A program made the translations under genes and the position numbers. Below, piece by piece: positions 22,701 to 37,700 of a stretch of 64,000 nt of DNA. Under the pieces are notes generated by a model. It searched no databases, was not told where the DNA came from, and was given only the letters and a program-made list of their open reading frames with translations. This DNA is from Hydrolagus colliei (lineage: Eukaryota), in assembly GCA_035084275.1 (NCBI GenBank), contig CM068755.1, positions 9,486,001 through 9,550,000 on the forward strand, given 5' to 3'. The stretch's first letter is position 1. Each line of letters begins with the position of its first letter.

Positions 22701-25700
22701 AAGGTAAATCCTGGATTTTAATCTCGCAACTTCCCCACAGAGGGAAACTGGGTTATTAGGGGGCTCTGAGCTCAACTGAAGCACTTACCCATAGAGGGCC
22801 AGTTTGCCCCATCTGCTCTTGTGCCATTCCAACATCCACACAGAAGGCACTGGCAGAGATGGAAGCAGGGTGCCCAAATATATATCCAGTCAACACACGG
22901 CAACTGCAAAGTACAGAAGCACACGCAACGTGGACCCTAACCAGTCACACAGCACTGCTTTCGTTATGTCAGTCTGATTTAATATACAGGGACAACCTGG
23001 CTGATTATACCGACAGCTTTGGGAGCATCTGTGGTGCTCCCCTTTTTTAAAAAAATCTCTACATCTGTGGAAAAGTGAGTGTGAGAACAGTGACAGAAAA
23101 AGCTTTTTTGATCCACTTTTAGCTTCTCTGCAGTTCAATCCTTTCAGCATCTCCTGCTTAAACACTGCAGTGAAATGTAGGACTGTACTATGAACAAACA
23201 GATGTGAATCAAAAGTGACAGAATTTTTTTTCTGGATCATACAAAGCCAACCAATTTGGCTGCTTTTCTACCCTCATCATCCCTCCAAGGTGATCTGCTA
23301 CCAGGCCTCTAACAATGTCATTCATTCAGGTGGCCTCGGTGTGGGGGTGAGCATGGGGGGGGGGGGGGGTGGTAGCTGACAGATCCTAGGAATGATTTTC
23401 CTTCCAACAACATCTCCTCCCCCACAATGATTAGACCCAATCATGCCTATCAGTGGAGTCAAGATTACAATCTGTGGAATGATGAGAAGAATCAAACCTG
23501 TGCCCATAAATCTTGTGGCCCTATGATGTGTCACCTTATCAAAGCAATGCGTAACCAGATCAACTTAACTAATTGTTTCAATGTTGGGCTGCACCCAGTT
23601 ATTTGTATAATCAAAGCCAAGCAGTAAATAAATTGGTTTATAATAATAATAATCCTTGTATTTTGATATAGCACTTTTCACATCTTCTGGACGTCTCCAA
23701 GCGCTTCAAAGAATATACTGTAAAGTGAATTGACTGTATATTTGTGGGCGAAATGCAGTGCCCAGCAGGTCCCACAAACAGTCGTGGATTGAAATGACCA
23801 ATTATATTATTGTATTTTTCTGAGGGATTATTATTAGGCGTGTGGAATAAGGAAACTTGCCCAACGATTCGCCCTGACCTGCCTGGATTCGAACACAGGT
23901 CTCACGCTTGTAAGACGAGTGCTCTAATCACCGAGCTACCAGATTCTACAGTTTGAATTAAGACTTGTATGTTTTCAACAATTACTTTGCAATCCTTTTG
24001 CTCATTATCTCCATGCACTTTACCTTGGGGTTGCCACCGCCTTCCTTAGCAGCATAGAGCATTTGCAACGCAGACTCGGCCAGAGTCTTTGTCTGGTCCA
24101 ATACAGTCATTTGCTGCCGGTGGTCAAGCAGTTTCGAGGCAACACCAATGGAGGCCAGAGTTAAGGGTTCAAAGTAACTGGCCAGTTGAGTAACCTGCAT
24201 TGACAGGGGGAGAATTGTGTGGGGTTTTTTTTAAACAAGAAAAAAAGTTCCAAAAGGAAAATCATTGTCTTGTAAAAGATTTGCAGTTAAATATTCAGGA
24301 TGGTGTTCCTGCACCTTGTGACCCAGCTGTGCAGCTTCTCCGCGAGCCGCTGTGGTTATTGGGTCAATCAGGTGTCCTATCTCTTGTACTGTTGAGGTCA
24401 TCTGTTCCTGCAAAGCCTGATGGAGACAGAGACAGAGAATAAAAAGTGTTGACATTAAAAAGAATCCTTGCATTCAATGTAGCTCCTTATCACATCAAAG
24501 CGCGCCACAGAATATACTGTAACGCGAATTGACTGTATTTTGAAGATGAAACTGAGCACTTTTTTTAAAAAAAAGCACCAGGCATTTACGGTGAGCATTT
24601 AAGTGATGCTTAATTTGATCTTTACTGGAGGCTGGATCCTCACAATGGAAGGAGGGTGTTCAGGTTTAATTAATTGCTTAATGAGCTAAAATATAGGTCA
24701 CCATTGACACCACTGGGTACTGTATGTAAGATGCTCACTAGTGAATGAAGGATCATCTATTAGTCACTGTAACTGCATTTTACAGCTTTTCTTTAAATGA
24801 TAGGAAACTACAATAGGATCTTGATGCATTTACTCAGATTTTAAGATGGTTATGTAACCACATATACAGTATTGTATATAAATATTTTACCTCCAGTGAA
24901 ATGTCATCTCGTGTGGCAAGGTTCTGACTGACAGCTGCTAAAGAAGCTTGCTCAATCTCACGAATGCACCTATTAATATTGTCAATCGAGTAGTCACATT
25001 CTCGTTGTCCTGGAGCTTTATCCCTTGAAAAGGAAAGAAACTTAAATAAAAGCAACAAATCACATACGCATTTTTGTAATTTAAAAAGAGAAAAACTGGT
25101 CCTAGGATAAAACATCAACTTGATTGGTCAGATAGTCTGGGTCCTGGGCACGCATCCAGTCAGCAAAGGTGCAAGCAATCGTTTAATCCCACCACTGATA
25201 AGAAATATCTGGTGAGATGATTACCAAACAGAGAGATAATATTACATGAACATACCTGATAGAGGTTATAAGACTCTTAATAGAATCCGATACAGTGCGT
25301 GAATGACCAGCTAGAATAGACCATGTTGGTGGGTCCTTTGGATTAATGGCCAATGAACGGGCGGATCTGATCAGAGAGGATGAACTGTCCAGCATAGCTC
25401 GAGCAGCTGAGAGAATTGGCTCCTGAGCCTGAGCTCCCTTCAAAATAAACCGAATGGTTACAGCTCAACACAACATGAAATCTTAAAGATGCTTTCGAAC
25501 TCTATTGTAACTACGACCTGAATCTTCAGTTCAGTGAAACCATGTAATTAAAAAGCTTCATTGAAATGGGTCATAATATTATGAGAGTTTTGATTACAAA
25601 TTAGTAACACACCCACACAATGAAGAATGCCTTTTGCCCAAATGAACTCAATGATAGTAACCTTTCTAAATGCAATCTCCAGTTCCCATCAACACACAAT

Positions 25701-28700
25701 AACTCCAATTTTGATGCCTTAGTAAATAGTTCACGAAGCTGCCTAAGACAATGAAAATGAATGAATTGGAATAATTATTACCTCCACTCCAATCTGCGCT
25801 GGAATGCTGACAAACTCTGGGTTTGAGGAGAAAGCTGTCAAATTTTCTACAGCCTCTATCAAAGGAGAGGTGGCAGCTCTGCACTTTTCACGGTTTTCTT
25901 CAGAGAAGTCGCCATCCAGAGCCTAATAGTAATTCATGTGAAGTAAATACATGAATGGTTATTAATATCTGCAATTATTAAATACTATAAGTCACTATTC
26001 AGGAGGTATACTTTTTCTTTTACAAAAAAAAGGTTAAATGCCCAATAATAGCTAAGTGAAATTATTCAGAAAGTAACTAGGCTGTAAAGAGAGAGAAAGT
26101 CTTAAACTTGATTCAGATTTAGTCTGTCAGCATTAGTTAATAGCCTAATCAGGCTTCTGGAAGTTTTTCTGCGTATTCTTTGATGTTCAAACAGTGACAA
26201 CAAATGTAAGACACTTAAACGACACAAGGCAAATGTCAACATAGTTCATTTGGTAGCATAATAATCACCTTGATTGTCTTCACAAGGTTGGCAGTGCTGT
26301 TGGCAACCTCTTTTGCTGACTGAACAAAATGCCTCTTAGCAACTGGATTGGCAGTCTTGGAAGAAGCTATACGACAAGCATTGCACAAAGCAGAGGTGTG
26401 TTTGGCTACTATCGTGGCAGCAGACAATACCTGGAAGGGGGTGGGGAGAGAGTAAACTATCACACAATATAAAGTGGTTGTTGCTTAAACTTGAATGGTT
26501 ATGTCAAAATTAACTCAAATGAATATTAGAAATTGTTGTATCTATACCTGGGATGGACTACTTGCTGGATCCACAAGATTCTGACAAGCCATTTGGATTG
26601 CCTGGTTGGATCTGGCAAATTGGATGGGATCCACTAGACCTTGATGCCCAGCCTGGCTATTGGGATCAGATATACCAACCAGATAACTAGACTGTACAAG
26701 GAAAAGACAATCAGCTTTGGAGAACTTAAAGATTTGATAGTTTCATTTAAAAAAAAATTAAACTGTCTGCCAGTTTTCCTCCCTGCCTTTCTCCTTTTCT
26801 GTCAGACACAGTGCCACAGCATCTGTCAGCACCTTACCCAAGAGTTGAAGGCAACATTGGATTGGTAGATTTTATTTGACTCCAGGGAGTATTGCAGTGG
26901 AACCTCACCCTGCCCTTGCTTTATAGTTTGAAATACATTAATATTTAAGCAGGATCTCTGGATGGGGATTTGGAGTGATTGCACCAACTTCCTCTTCCTA
27001 AACAAGAGTTGATGGGGTGGTGGGGGTGGGGGGAAATCAATTGGAGCACCATTTAAATCAGCCAACTCAGCACAGACAAGGATTCAAACCTGCAACTTGA
27101 CATCCTTTATGACTTAATGCTGCACCAGGAGGTGTCCTATCAAACAAAGCCACCAGGGGAGCTCATGTTCCATTTACATTAAAATTGGCAAATTCTTATT
27201 GTGGCAGTAGAAGCTTAAACATGTATGGAGAGACATTAAGAGCCGGCTCATTCTACACACTGCATCAAATGTATTTCAGACAAGGCTAGAAAAGAATCTC
27301 AGGCCACGTTTGGTTTTAAAATTGCAATGATTCTTAATAAGCATTGAACTTATTTTTTCCATTTCCAAATAACTTTTTTCATCACCACCATCACGTGTAG
27401 CTTAATACTCATCAGTTGACTGATAACATAACTTCCAATTTTAAAGCATCATAACATGTTATGGATTAGATGTGACACCAGAAAGGCAGAACAAGTGAAA
27501 CACTAGTACCAAAGGTAAATGAGGAATACAGTTAATGAAGAATCTAAAATACAATTTTTTTTCCTTACACCCATGGCTGTGCACGAGTACAAATAGCAAG
27601 TATAGAATTACTGTGATGTACTGAACAGCCACTATGATTAATGTGGACACCAACTGGGCATATCTTAGGAAGCTTTCGAAACCGCATTTGAAATAGACTT
27701 TCTGTAAAAGAGGACCTCTGGAGGTTTCAAATACACATGAAAATGCAAATCCATTCTTTACTAAATTCATCTCAATAAAATATTGTTCTGATTGAAGCAA
27801 CACAAGAATTATCCAAACAGGTTGTTAAATTTTAGAAAAATCACCTGAGCTGCAGCTTCTGTCAAACCACAGAGCGCCTTGGAAGCGACACCAACAGAGT
27901 CTCCAAAGGCTGGAAGATCACCAGTCTTAGCTTTATGAGAAATTCCTGCCATTGCCTCTCCGAGGGCCTGCAAAAGTGAAGAACCAGTGTCCACAAAATA
28001 TTGTTTAATTGGTGCACAAATTGGTGCACAAAGTGTAAAATTAAACCTGCCTACCTTCGAATTCTCCATGACACTTTCAATGCAGTCAAAGTAGGAGAGA
28101 TCACTAACTGGCTCATTCGGGTTATCCAGCATACCTTTCACTGTCTGTAAAACAATTAAAACAAGGCAAGTTAGCAAATTTCTACCCAACCTTCTTGTTG
28201 AACATCATGGTTGAACACAGGCCAGTGAGAGAAGTGGCCGGTGTGGGTAATAATTTACCATCTAGTTTAGTCCTACAGCCAATCAAATATTTTTAAAAAG
28301 TATGAAACCTTTCTGACTACTAATAACTAGAAAAAGGATTCAGGAAATAATACTACTTATATTTACATTTGATATAGCTATGTATCATGTCTTCTGGACA
28401 TCTCCATTTGCTTCACAGAATATACTGTAAAGTGAATTGACTATATTTTGTGGGAGAAATGTGACAGCTGATTGAACACAGTGGTGGATTAAATTAAATG
28501 ACAAACATTTTTTTTTTAAAAGAGAGGCAGAGCAGGAGGTATGATACAGTCATGGCATAGCAAGGGATAGATATTTAATCATTGCCTGTCCACCATAAGT
28601 ATGTGCCACCCAATTTTCCATTGCTAGGAATAAAATAAGCATTCAGCACTGCAATAAACATTCAGTTTCTTATCTAATTAGATGTACTACAAGAGAGCAA

Positions 28701-31700
28701 TTGACTAGATGTCAGACCTTGATTGAAGCAGTAACTTTAATCCAACAGAAATGATGTTGAAATCCTGCAGATATACAGTAACTCAAGCAACAGAGATCCT
28801 TTTTGTTACAATTGACCTAATTAAAAGCAAACTTTTCTGGACATTATTGCAATCATTGATAAACCATTTGGATTCTAAGATTTTATTTTGTGTGACCCCA
28901 AAATAAGTAAAATGATTACCTGAGCTATTTTAAAACAAATTGCTCAATGATAATAATACTAATCATAGCCTTGCCTTTGATGTAGCATCCTTCATAATCA
29001 GGAGGACGTCACAAAGCACATCATTGGATTTTTACTGTAAAGTGTCGTGACTGTGCGTACACTATTACACATAATCCAGTTAGAAAGCTTTGGGTTCAAG
29101 TCGTACTTGACTGCACTGATTTGTCTGAGGCGAGCATGTTACCAACACGATGCAGGCTGACATCCAATATAAATTTGGCCCTTTACGCTCAAAGAAATAA
29201 CAGGTGCTAAAGGTTCTTTGATTTGACAGTTTTGAACAGATGTAACACGCAGCATCAAAATGAGCAGGGATGTACATTATAAGCATAGATTGTCAGAGTT
29301 CATTGCAATTCTGTACCTCAAGCTCTCGCAGAGCATTGTCACATTCCTTCTGGCCAGGTGCCTGCTGGGTGCACAGTGTGATCAACTGATTGATACTGTC
29401 TGTGACAGCTCTGTAAAACATTAGGGATGGTCAAAAAAAATGCTTCTTCCACCACCAAAGGATTTTGTACAGATTTATATAAAGCTGTTGCTTAGTGACC
29501 ACAAACTAGAAGTACACAAATGAATTAAACAGTACAAAATGACTATGTCCATTTAACCACAGTCAATCACCTTATAAGTTTCCTTATAATGATCATCATC
29601 TGTGAATCAAGGCCCAAGATTTTTTTCCCCATTGAAAAGTTCCTCCAAAAATCAAGAGATTGGGAAGGGTGGGGGGGGATTCACACAAATATAATACATC
29701 ATAAAACAAATCCACTAAGATTAAATCAAAAAAATCGTGAACGTTAACCAAATGTATACGTGATTCAACAGCCATGCATAAATGTTTTTTTGAACACGGG
29801 CCAACATTAATACTGCAGTATAGTATAGAAAAATAAATAATTAAAATAATCCTCACCGAGCAGCAGCTGCCAGGAGATGTTTGGCATTAGGAGCTCCTGG
29901 ATCTACAGACAGTGATTTGGCAGCCAGAAGCAGTTTGCTGGAAGCCATGGAAATATTCTTCAGATTACCAACGACCTGAACCTGATCCTCTTTCGTCTAG
30001 ATTTAAACCAGTAAAACATGCAGTCAGTTCATTGTTCTATTTAAACATTCTACATCTTTCACCATACTATTATTGTTAGAGTGGCTTTACTGTATCTTAG
30101 TGCAACCTTACGTTATGTCAGCAAGTAGCAACTTCAATGATCTTACATCACGAGTTACAAATTTCTAATAATTAGTACTTCAATTCTTAACAAGAAATGT
30201 CTTATATTCAAAAGTATTTGTGCCAAATAAAATTTTCTTGTTACACCAAACATGACTAACTTAACCTGTGATACATCGACTGAATGATCAAGTTACACAA
30301 AAACAATGTTTTATGTACAAAAAAATGTATAAGAAAGTGGCAGCACAGGATGCAAATCATTTTGGAAGGCGTTTCACTGCTGAGCCGGGTTTTATCTTCA
30401 TCCAAATTTGTATATATGTACACTTCTAGCAAAGACCACATGGTGAGTTGAAGGACACCCAGACCACAGCATAGAATTGCCTGCAATGCAAACTGGCATT
30501 TCACTCAGAGAAGCCATAGGACACATGGTAGATAGGGCTGGACTAAACAGTAACTTTGTTCTGCATCTGGCTGTGCTATTTCTTGAATGCTTCATACTGG
30601 TATGATCTAACCCCTGCGTCATCTGACCCTGCCTTCAAAATCTCCCTAAAATGCTGTCCTTCTGACAGTTCTTTCAGCTAACTCCCACACCACCAAGCTA
30701 CTCCACCCACCCAAGCTCCCTCCCCAGCTCATGCTCCCAGTCAGCCATGGAAAGGGCTTTGAGATATCCCCTCACATAAAAAGTGCTATTTAAACATATA
30801 AACAATGTTGTTGATGCTGGGTTCCCTGTAACCTGAATGGAAAATTATTACACTCCCCCATCGCTAACCTTGCTTATCTTAAGCATAAAAATTCACCAAT
30901 TGTGTGTATGAATTGTCAGACAGAATATAGTAAAGTCTTAGTACAGGCCTGTTACTGTAATAGAAGAAGAGTGAATGAATACCGACTGTGCTAATCAAAT
31001 ACGACTTTGAACACAATTTTTTGTTTGGGTGGGCAGATGTGCCGACAGGAAATTAAGAAAAAATTCTGAAGAAACATCCTTACCTGAGTCTGTCCAGCCA
31101 TTTCAATGCCTGCATCTAGAAACTCGTCAAAATCCTCACTAAATTTTCCAGAAGCAACTGCCAATTGGCCACTTGTTCCCCTCGAGGAGTGTACCACTTC
31201 ACCTGCCGACTGATTCAGGTCAGCCGCAGCTTGATTCAGCTCGCTCTGAGCTTCTTGGAAGCTTTTCGTGCTTGACGGTAACTGAAGGGAGGGTTTTTTG
31301 TGGGAGAGACGGGGGACATGAGGGGCACAAACAATAATTAAGGGGGAAGAAGAGAGGTGAGATGGATGAGTACAATAGAAAATTACATTTGTGTAGCGCC
31401 TTTCATGTCGAAAAAATTGAGCAAACTATGGAATTTCTGCTATATTATAATATCCCCAAATGTTCAGATTGTTTTGCTATCCATTTCAGCGTCTTGGGAC
31501 GTCCTCCCGACGTGAAAGGCACTCTATAAATGTAATTTGTTGTTGTTGTATGAAGCGGTTTTATTCCAAATGAGCCACCATATCAAAAGACTTACCAAGT
31601 CAACCAAGAGTTTCTTGCTTGACTCGCCGATACTCTTAAGGGCCATATCAACATCCTTCTGCCCAGGCAAGCAGTTGACACAGTTATTCAATGAGTGTGA

Positions 31701-34700
31701 CACTGCCTTTGCCACCTTTTGGAAGACAAAAAAAAAAGCTTAATTTAAAATATCAAATGACTCCTCCATCGGAAATCTGTAAAACATTCTTGCTGAGTGA
31801 AAACACTGACAGATTTCATGTATTTTGCGGGCACTGATTAGCAGCAGTGTATACCAGCAAGGTACACTACAACCACTTCTCTAGCTTGCTGAACACAACA
31901 ATCAATGACTTGGAGCAGAAGAGGAAACGAACAGGACGGATATACACCATATTGCTCTCTCTTTCTCTCCTCGGAAGTAAAAGGATTGTGAAACACAAGA
32001 AAATACTGCATTCAAAATAAAGTTTAGAATCTACTTAGCATCATGCAATTCCCCCTCCCCAAAAAGGTGTATGTCTGCATTCACATGTGTGGTAGATGCT
32101 TATTGTGCATCTAATATATCCAACATTGAAGAAACTACTCAAGTACCAGAGGTCTGTTACCAAGTTCAAAATAGATAGCAATGCAATTTCCTCAGCAAAC
32201 TGGAAGGCTAACCCAATTGAGGAAGTTAGATGATCCCGAAATTGAATTACTGTCTACAATTCACTGACAGACAGCAAGGATTATGTATGATATCTTATCT
32301 GCCCGATAGGAGCTATTAGTCCTTGTTTTTGGCAGGAGAGATATTCAGAGCAGAGAACAACACTTCCCACGTTTAAACCACTGTTGCAGGGACTGAAGAA
32401 AGGTTTGCCTTAGTTCAATATTATTTAAGAGACAGTTGTACAGCTGATTAAAATGAAGAGCTTCTTTTGAATGTTTAGTGGCTGTTTGTGGTATATGATG
32501 AATACAACAGCCACAGCAAAAACAGAAAATAGTATTTTTGAAAAAGGAAACAGAAGTATTCAATGCCAGATGTTGCACTTTTAGCTTCCCACCACCACAT
32601 TTTGGAATGCCGAGTGCAATGTCTTTCACTCTGTATTCAAACAATTCAGCAAACAGTTTATATTGGAATATAAACTGAAGTCTGCAAGCACACACTGCAG
32701 CAAGTTTTACAGTGCATCAAGTTTTTGAGTGCACTAATAAAAAGGAACAAATGGATCGTACTGTAAATTCCACATACTCAAAAAGCCACTCTGAGATATC
32801 CACTTTTGCTGTTAAATATTTCATTGAAAAATGAATGAAACTGTCCTTCAGAATTTAACTGAATAAATTAGGTCAGATTGTCAGAAATCATAATTGTCCA
32901 AACGGCACATATTGTTCACTTCAACCAAACTAGGTTAAAAATTGCTAACTGCAGCATTTAGCAACTTAAACTCTACCTTTATTTAAAATATATTGAAAAA
33001 GTTGTCATTTATAATATTAATTTAATTAATAATATCCCTCCCATGTTTCATTATACTGTATTAAAATTCTATTCCTTTTAGGTGACTATAAAGGAAAGAT
33101 GGCACTGGGATCTCGCCAATGTCAATCCTCATTACTATTGCCATTTTTACACCGGTTCCAATTGCAACAATCAAGTCAGGTTAACAGATAATTCAATAGA
33201 TCCCACCCATTTGCACCTACGATCTTGTTGGGTGACAGTCGATGATAAAGATTTGTGTCAACGTACTTGCACATAGGGGAGCTGTGCATGAAATGGCTTG
33301 GTCTGAGAGGGGGGGGTGACAAAAAAAAGCCAAACACATGATGCTTGTCAATCTTTAAAAAAAAAATAAAACAATGCCTGACCTGAGCCAGTCTTTGCTG
33401 GCTTTCTGCATCTCCAGAGGAGGCCAGGGCCTGCTTGGCTTCCTCAATAAGCACAGCTGAGCCTTCCATGACATCTCGTGCTGTGTCCAGCATTGAATTC
33501 TGAGCCTGAGGGTTATCCGTAGATGCTGCAACTCCGCGAGCGGCTGAAGCCAGCGTCTTGAGAGCCTGTGCTGTTTCTCTGGCAGCGATTCCTAAGACGA
33601 GAGAGCGCAGCTGAATATTTTGTGCAAATATATTCATTGTCTTTGTAAAATCAAGTTGAATAATATGTGTACAGAATTTCAAAAGAAATTCATATTCCTT
33701 CAATATAGTTTATCTTTCTGCACACCCTCTATAACATGCAACATATTCCAAATCAGATATATGTTTCTAGGCTTCAACCTAAAAGACTCGCAAAATGGCA
33801 AAAGGAGAGCGCGGAAGAATAGTAGAGATGTATAAATAATAATATTTTATAAAAGGAATTAGAAAATGGTCTAACTTATTGTCTTCAAATATAAATCAAC
33901 TTAACAGTAGAATGAGCATAAACCTTCAAAAGAACTACAAAGAACGTAATCTACCTGTGTAATGTTCATTGCCTTGAGCTGCACAGGTAAGAAGCTGTGC
34001 CATTGACGAGCCAACAGCCTTAGATGTGCTTCCAAGGTCCTGAGCACACTTCTCAAGCTGCGGAGAGATAAAACCAAGAGTGTTTTCATATATAACCAGC
34101 GTCTTAATGAAGGTTCACTGAAAGCAGTGCAAGGATAGACACAATATTTGTTGACCCCCCTGGGGAGAAATTTTTACAAATAACATTCTACTCCTAGACT
34201 CTCAGGAACACTACATTTTATGGCAAACACAATATTGCCCCCAAAAAACAATCTTGGGTTTATCAAATATACACAAGCATAAACTCTGCAAGTGGTCATT
34301 AATCTTCTATCTTAGCAAATGTTAAATAATAGATTTTTTTTTAAAAAAGAACAACTTATATAGTGCCCTCAACGCAGAGTAGTATCTCAGAGCTTAAGAG
34401 TAGTGGAGCCTGGACATGTGAGAAATAGGAGAGGCAATCATAATTCTTTGGAACCAGTTAACTTCTGAGAGGCACTAAGAAGTTAATAGCATGGAGCTCC
34501 TTTAGCTCAGTGGTTTGAGCATTCGCCCTACAAGAGCGAGACCTATGTTCGAATCCAGGCAGATCAGTGAGAAAAGTTTCCTTACTCCACACGCCTAATA
34601 ATAATCCATCCAAAAAACCCACAATAATAAAATAGGTCATTTCAATCCATGTTGGTGGGGCACTGCTGTGTGCAATTGGCTGCTGCGTTTCGCCCACAAA

Positions 34701-37700
34701 TATACAGTCAATTCACTTTTAGAGTATATTCTGTGAAGCGTTTTGAGACATTGATAAGATGTGAAAAGCGATGTATCAAATGCAATGATTAGTATTATTA
34801 ACAGGCATACTCCTTCATTTAGAATAAGATTGTTTTGACACAATAGTCCAACATACCGTCTCTCCTGGCAGTGGCTTCAACTGTCCATCAGCTGCAGCTC
34901 CCCTGGCATCCTGCAATTCATTTTTCAGCGTTTGCACTGAATGTAGAGCAGAGTCGATTTCCATTGGCCCACAAGCTTCATGAGCCTGGAATCAGGAAAC
35001 ATAGCAATTAAAACAAAAAAAAGACTTTTGCTGTAATCTATTTTATTCGAAAATGTGCCCGTTTAAAAAAATATATATTTTACATGTACTTATGGCACTG
35101 CCCCGAATAGTTTACAGACAATTAGATATGTTTCACTCTGTAAAGCTACAAGGCACTTAAAAAATAATAACATTTAACTTGTTACTAACCTTTTGCACAG
35201 AAGTTCGCAACTCAGCCAAACTGGTCGCAAGATTCTTGGCACACTGACCCAGCTGCATGGCTGCCGCCTGGTCGGCAACAGTTGGCACGACTGCCTTGGC
35301 TGATGATACCATTTTGCTTCCAGGCTTGGAAATAAAATGACATTTAACATGGCTGCACCAGGTAACAATAGTCTAAAACTTTCTTCATAATTCAACTTAA
35401 AGCGTTACATTCATTTGAATGGAAAGCACAACGGCAACAACATCGGATGTGGCTACAAATAGCCGAGTTAAAGTGAAACCATAAATGAACATGTACTATA
35501 CACACTTGGAGGAAATTCTGACTGGCAATAATCAAGGCAAGCTGGGCACTTAGATTTTCTGGTTCAGCCTGACTCCCTCGAACACCTTGCACCAATTGAG
35601 GTATATAGTCGGCAACAGCCTGAAAAATAGGATGAAACAAGTTCTACAAGGAAACCATCTTGTTTTTATAGACCCCATTTAAGTTAATGGTTCACAGGTT
35701 CATATTCTAAAAAAAAACTTTATATGAAACAATCGTATTCCACAAAAATATTTGAATGATATAAATGTGCAATATAAACACCCAAGACATCACCTTGAAG
35801 CTTACTTGTAAACTGCAGAATTACTCACTAGGTATTTTATAGATCTTTACTGAACTAAATTTGTGCTTTTAAACGTTACCAGAATATAAATATATGTTTT
35901 GTTAAAATGAAAGAGAAGTAACTGGAATAGATTTAAGTTTGTTAGGTTCATGATGAATCAATCTCGTATTTCAAATCAGGCCATTACCTTACAGCTCTGG
36001 ACCAGCTGTTGATGTGCAGCTGTGTTCTTGTTGGATGAAGATGCATTCTGAGAAGCTGCAATGGTCTGAGTTGCTGCAGCTGCGGCTTGTTTAGCTGCAT
36101 TCTAATTTGGAACAGAGCAAACATGAGTTGCTTTGATCTTAAGTGAACCAATAGTTGCATATATTTAACGCAACACACTTGTGAACATTACTAGTGAAAT
36201 GGGGACAGAGTCCTTTTCTTCAAACCAATCTACCATTAGCTACAAATGGGTAAATTCATATTGAAATTTTTTTTTCAGTGAGAAATTCTTACACATCCAT
36301 CAGTCCTTGGGACTGTCTTCTCAGCTGCTAGGCCACTAGAATATGCTTCATTGAAAAGTTGGGCAAATCTTGGGAGTAAGTTTAATGAACGCAAATCCTT
36401 TTGAATTGGGCAAAAAGAAACCCCGAATCACATAACCCCAAGAAAACATAGACAAAAAAAGGCACCAACTTTTTTATGGAGACAATGAACAATCAAAATA
36501 CCCCGTTTAGATGGCATTGTGAAATGAAAGGACTCAAAAGAACTGAATCATGCTAGTACAGTCAGTCAATTTTCAACCAGTCCTGGTAACATCCAGTTGT
36601 GTGCCGCAGTCTTAGTAATTATACTTACCCTATTATAGGCATATCTGATTATTTTTACTTTGGTTGCGAATACCACCGCATGGAAGAATTGTACAGCACC
36701 ACCAAATTGTTCATGTCAACAATTAACTGCAGGACTTTGTGTGAACACAGTACAGTGGATGATAGGACTCTTATATTTGCTTAAACACAGCCGTCACCAT
36801 CAAAGGGGCTCCGCATTTCACTTACGTAAAATTACACCAGAGGCATTCAATCATTGTGTACTTATTTTATAACTTCATCCAGATCAAAAGATCCGAAGAT
36901 ATTTTTCCCAGTGAATAAAAAGGTTAATGACCTCCCATTTTTAACTCGTCAGAATTTGATTCCTCCCACTTTGTTAAACTGACAATTCAAAGAAAATATT
37001 TTGTGATGTGGAAATCTTTTGAATTTCATAGAAATCAAACTGCAAAATTGTAAATGTGGAGTTTGAACCCATAGTTCCCCAGTAACCCTGGAAGCCTCAG
37101 AATGTTACACTAAAAAGTTTCTACTAGAATAAAAAACAAACAGAATATTTAACAATTTCAACTGAATACAATATAAAAGTTGATTCCATTGTTTGCAATG
37201 TGTATACAACCCACCCCCAAAATAAATTGAAGAGTTAATCCTCACCCCAAATGAAATCTCAGAGAAAATGACTGACAAGTAGGATTTATGGTGAATAATA
37301 AAGATAATTTTCTATACTTGAACTTTACTGCCAAATATTTCAAAACAGTTTTGAAAAAATCTGTGGAATTCAATGTCTTGTTAGATATAGGTGAGCAATT
37401 TGCTAGCATATTGATGAAGAAGCTTTGTAAGCACTCAAGCCTCAAAGGGGCAGTCTGAAAAGAACACAGCTGCTGTGTTTGCAAAAATATCATTAATTTG
37501 CCCTTTAATACACATGAAATTCAATACCAGATCACAGATATTACCTCTAGTCGGTTGATTAACTTTTTCTTGATGGCATTCTGTGCAGCTGAATTGGTAA
37601 CAACTCGAAGTCCCTCTGCTGCTTCTCTCAGTTTCTGTTGCTGATCCTCATTTTCTGGATTAGCAGCTGCACCCTAAACACGGAGATAAAATATTAACAA

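Noticed and set aside
36621-36650. ATACTTACC (U1 snRNA 5'-like; perfect donor AGG|GTAAGTAT on the minus strand)
   Set aside because: The rest of U1 is absent, and I found no acceptor with a pyrimidine tract that gives a plausible exon.
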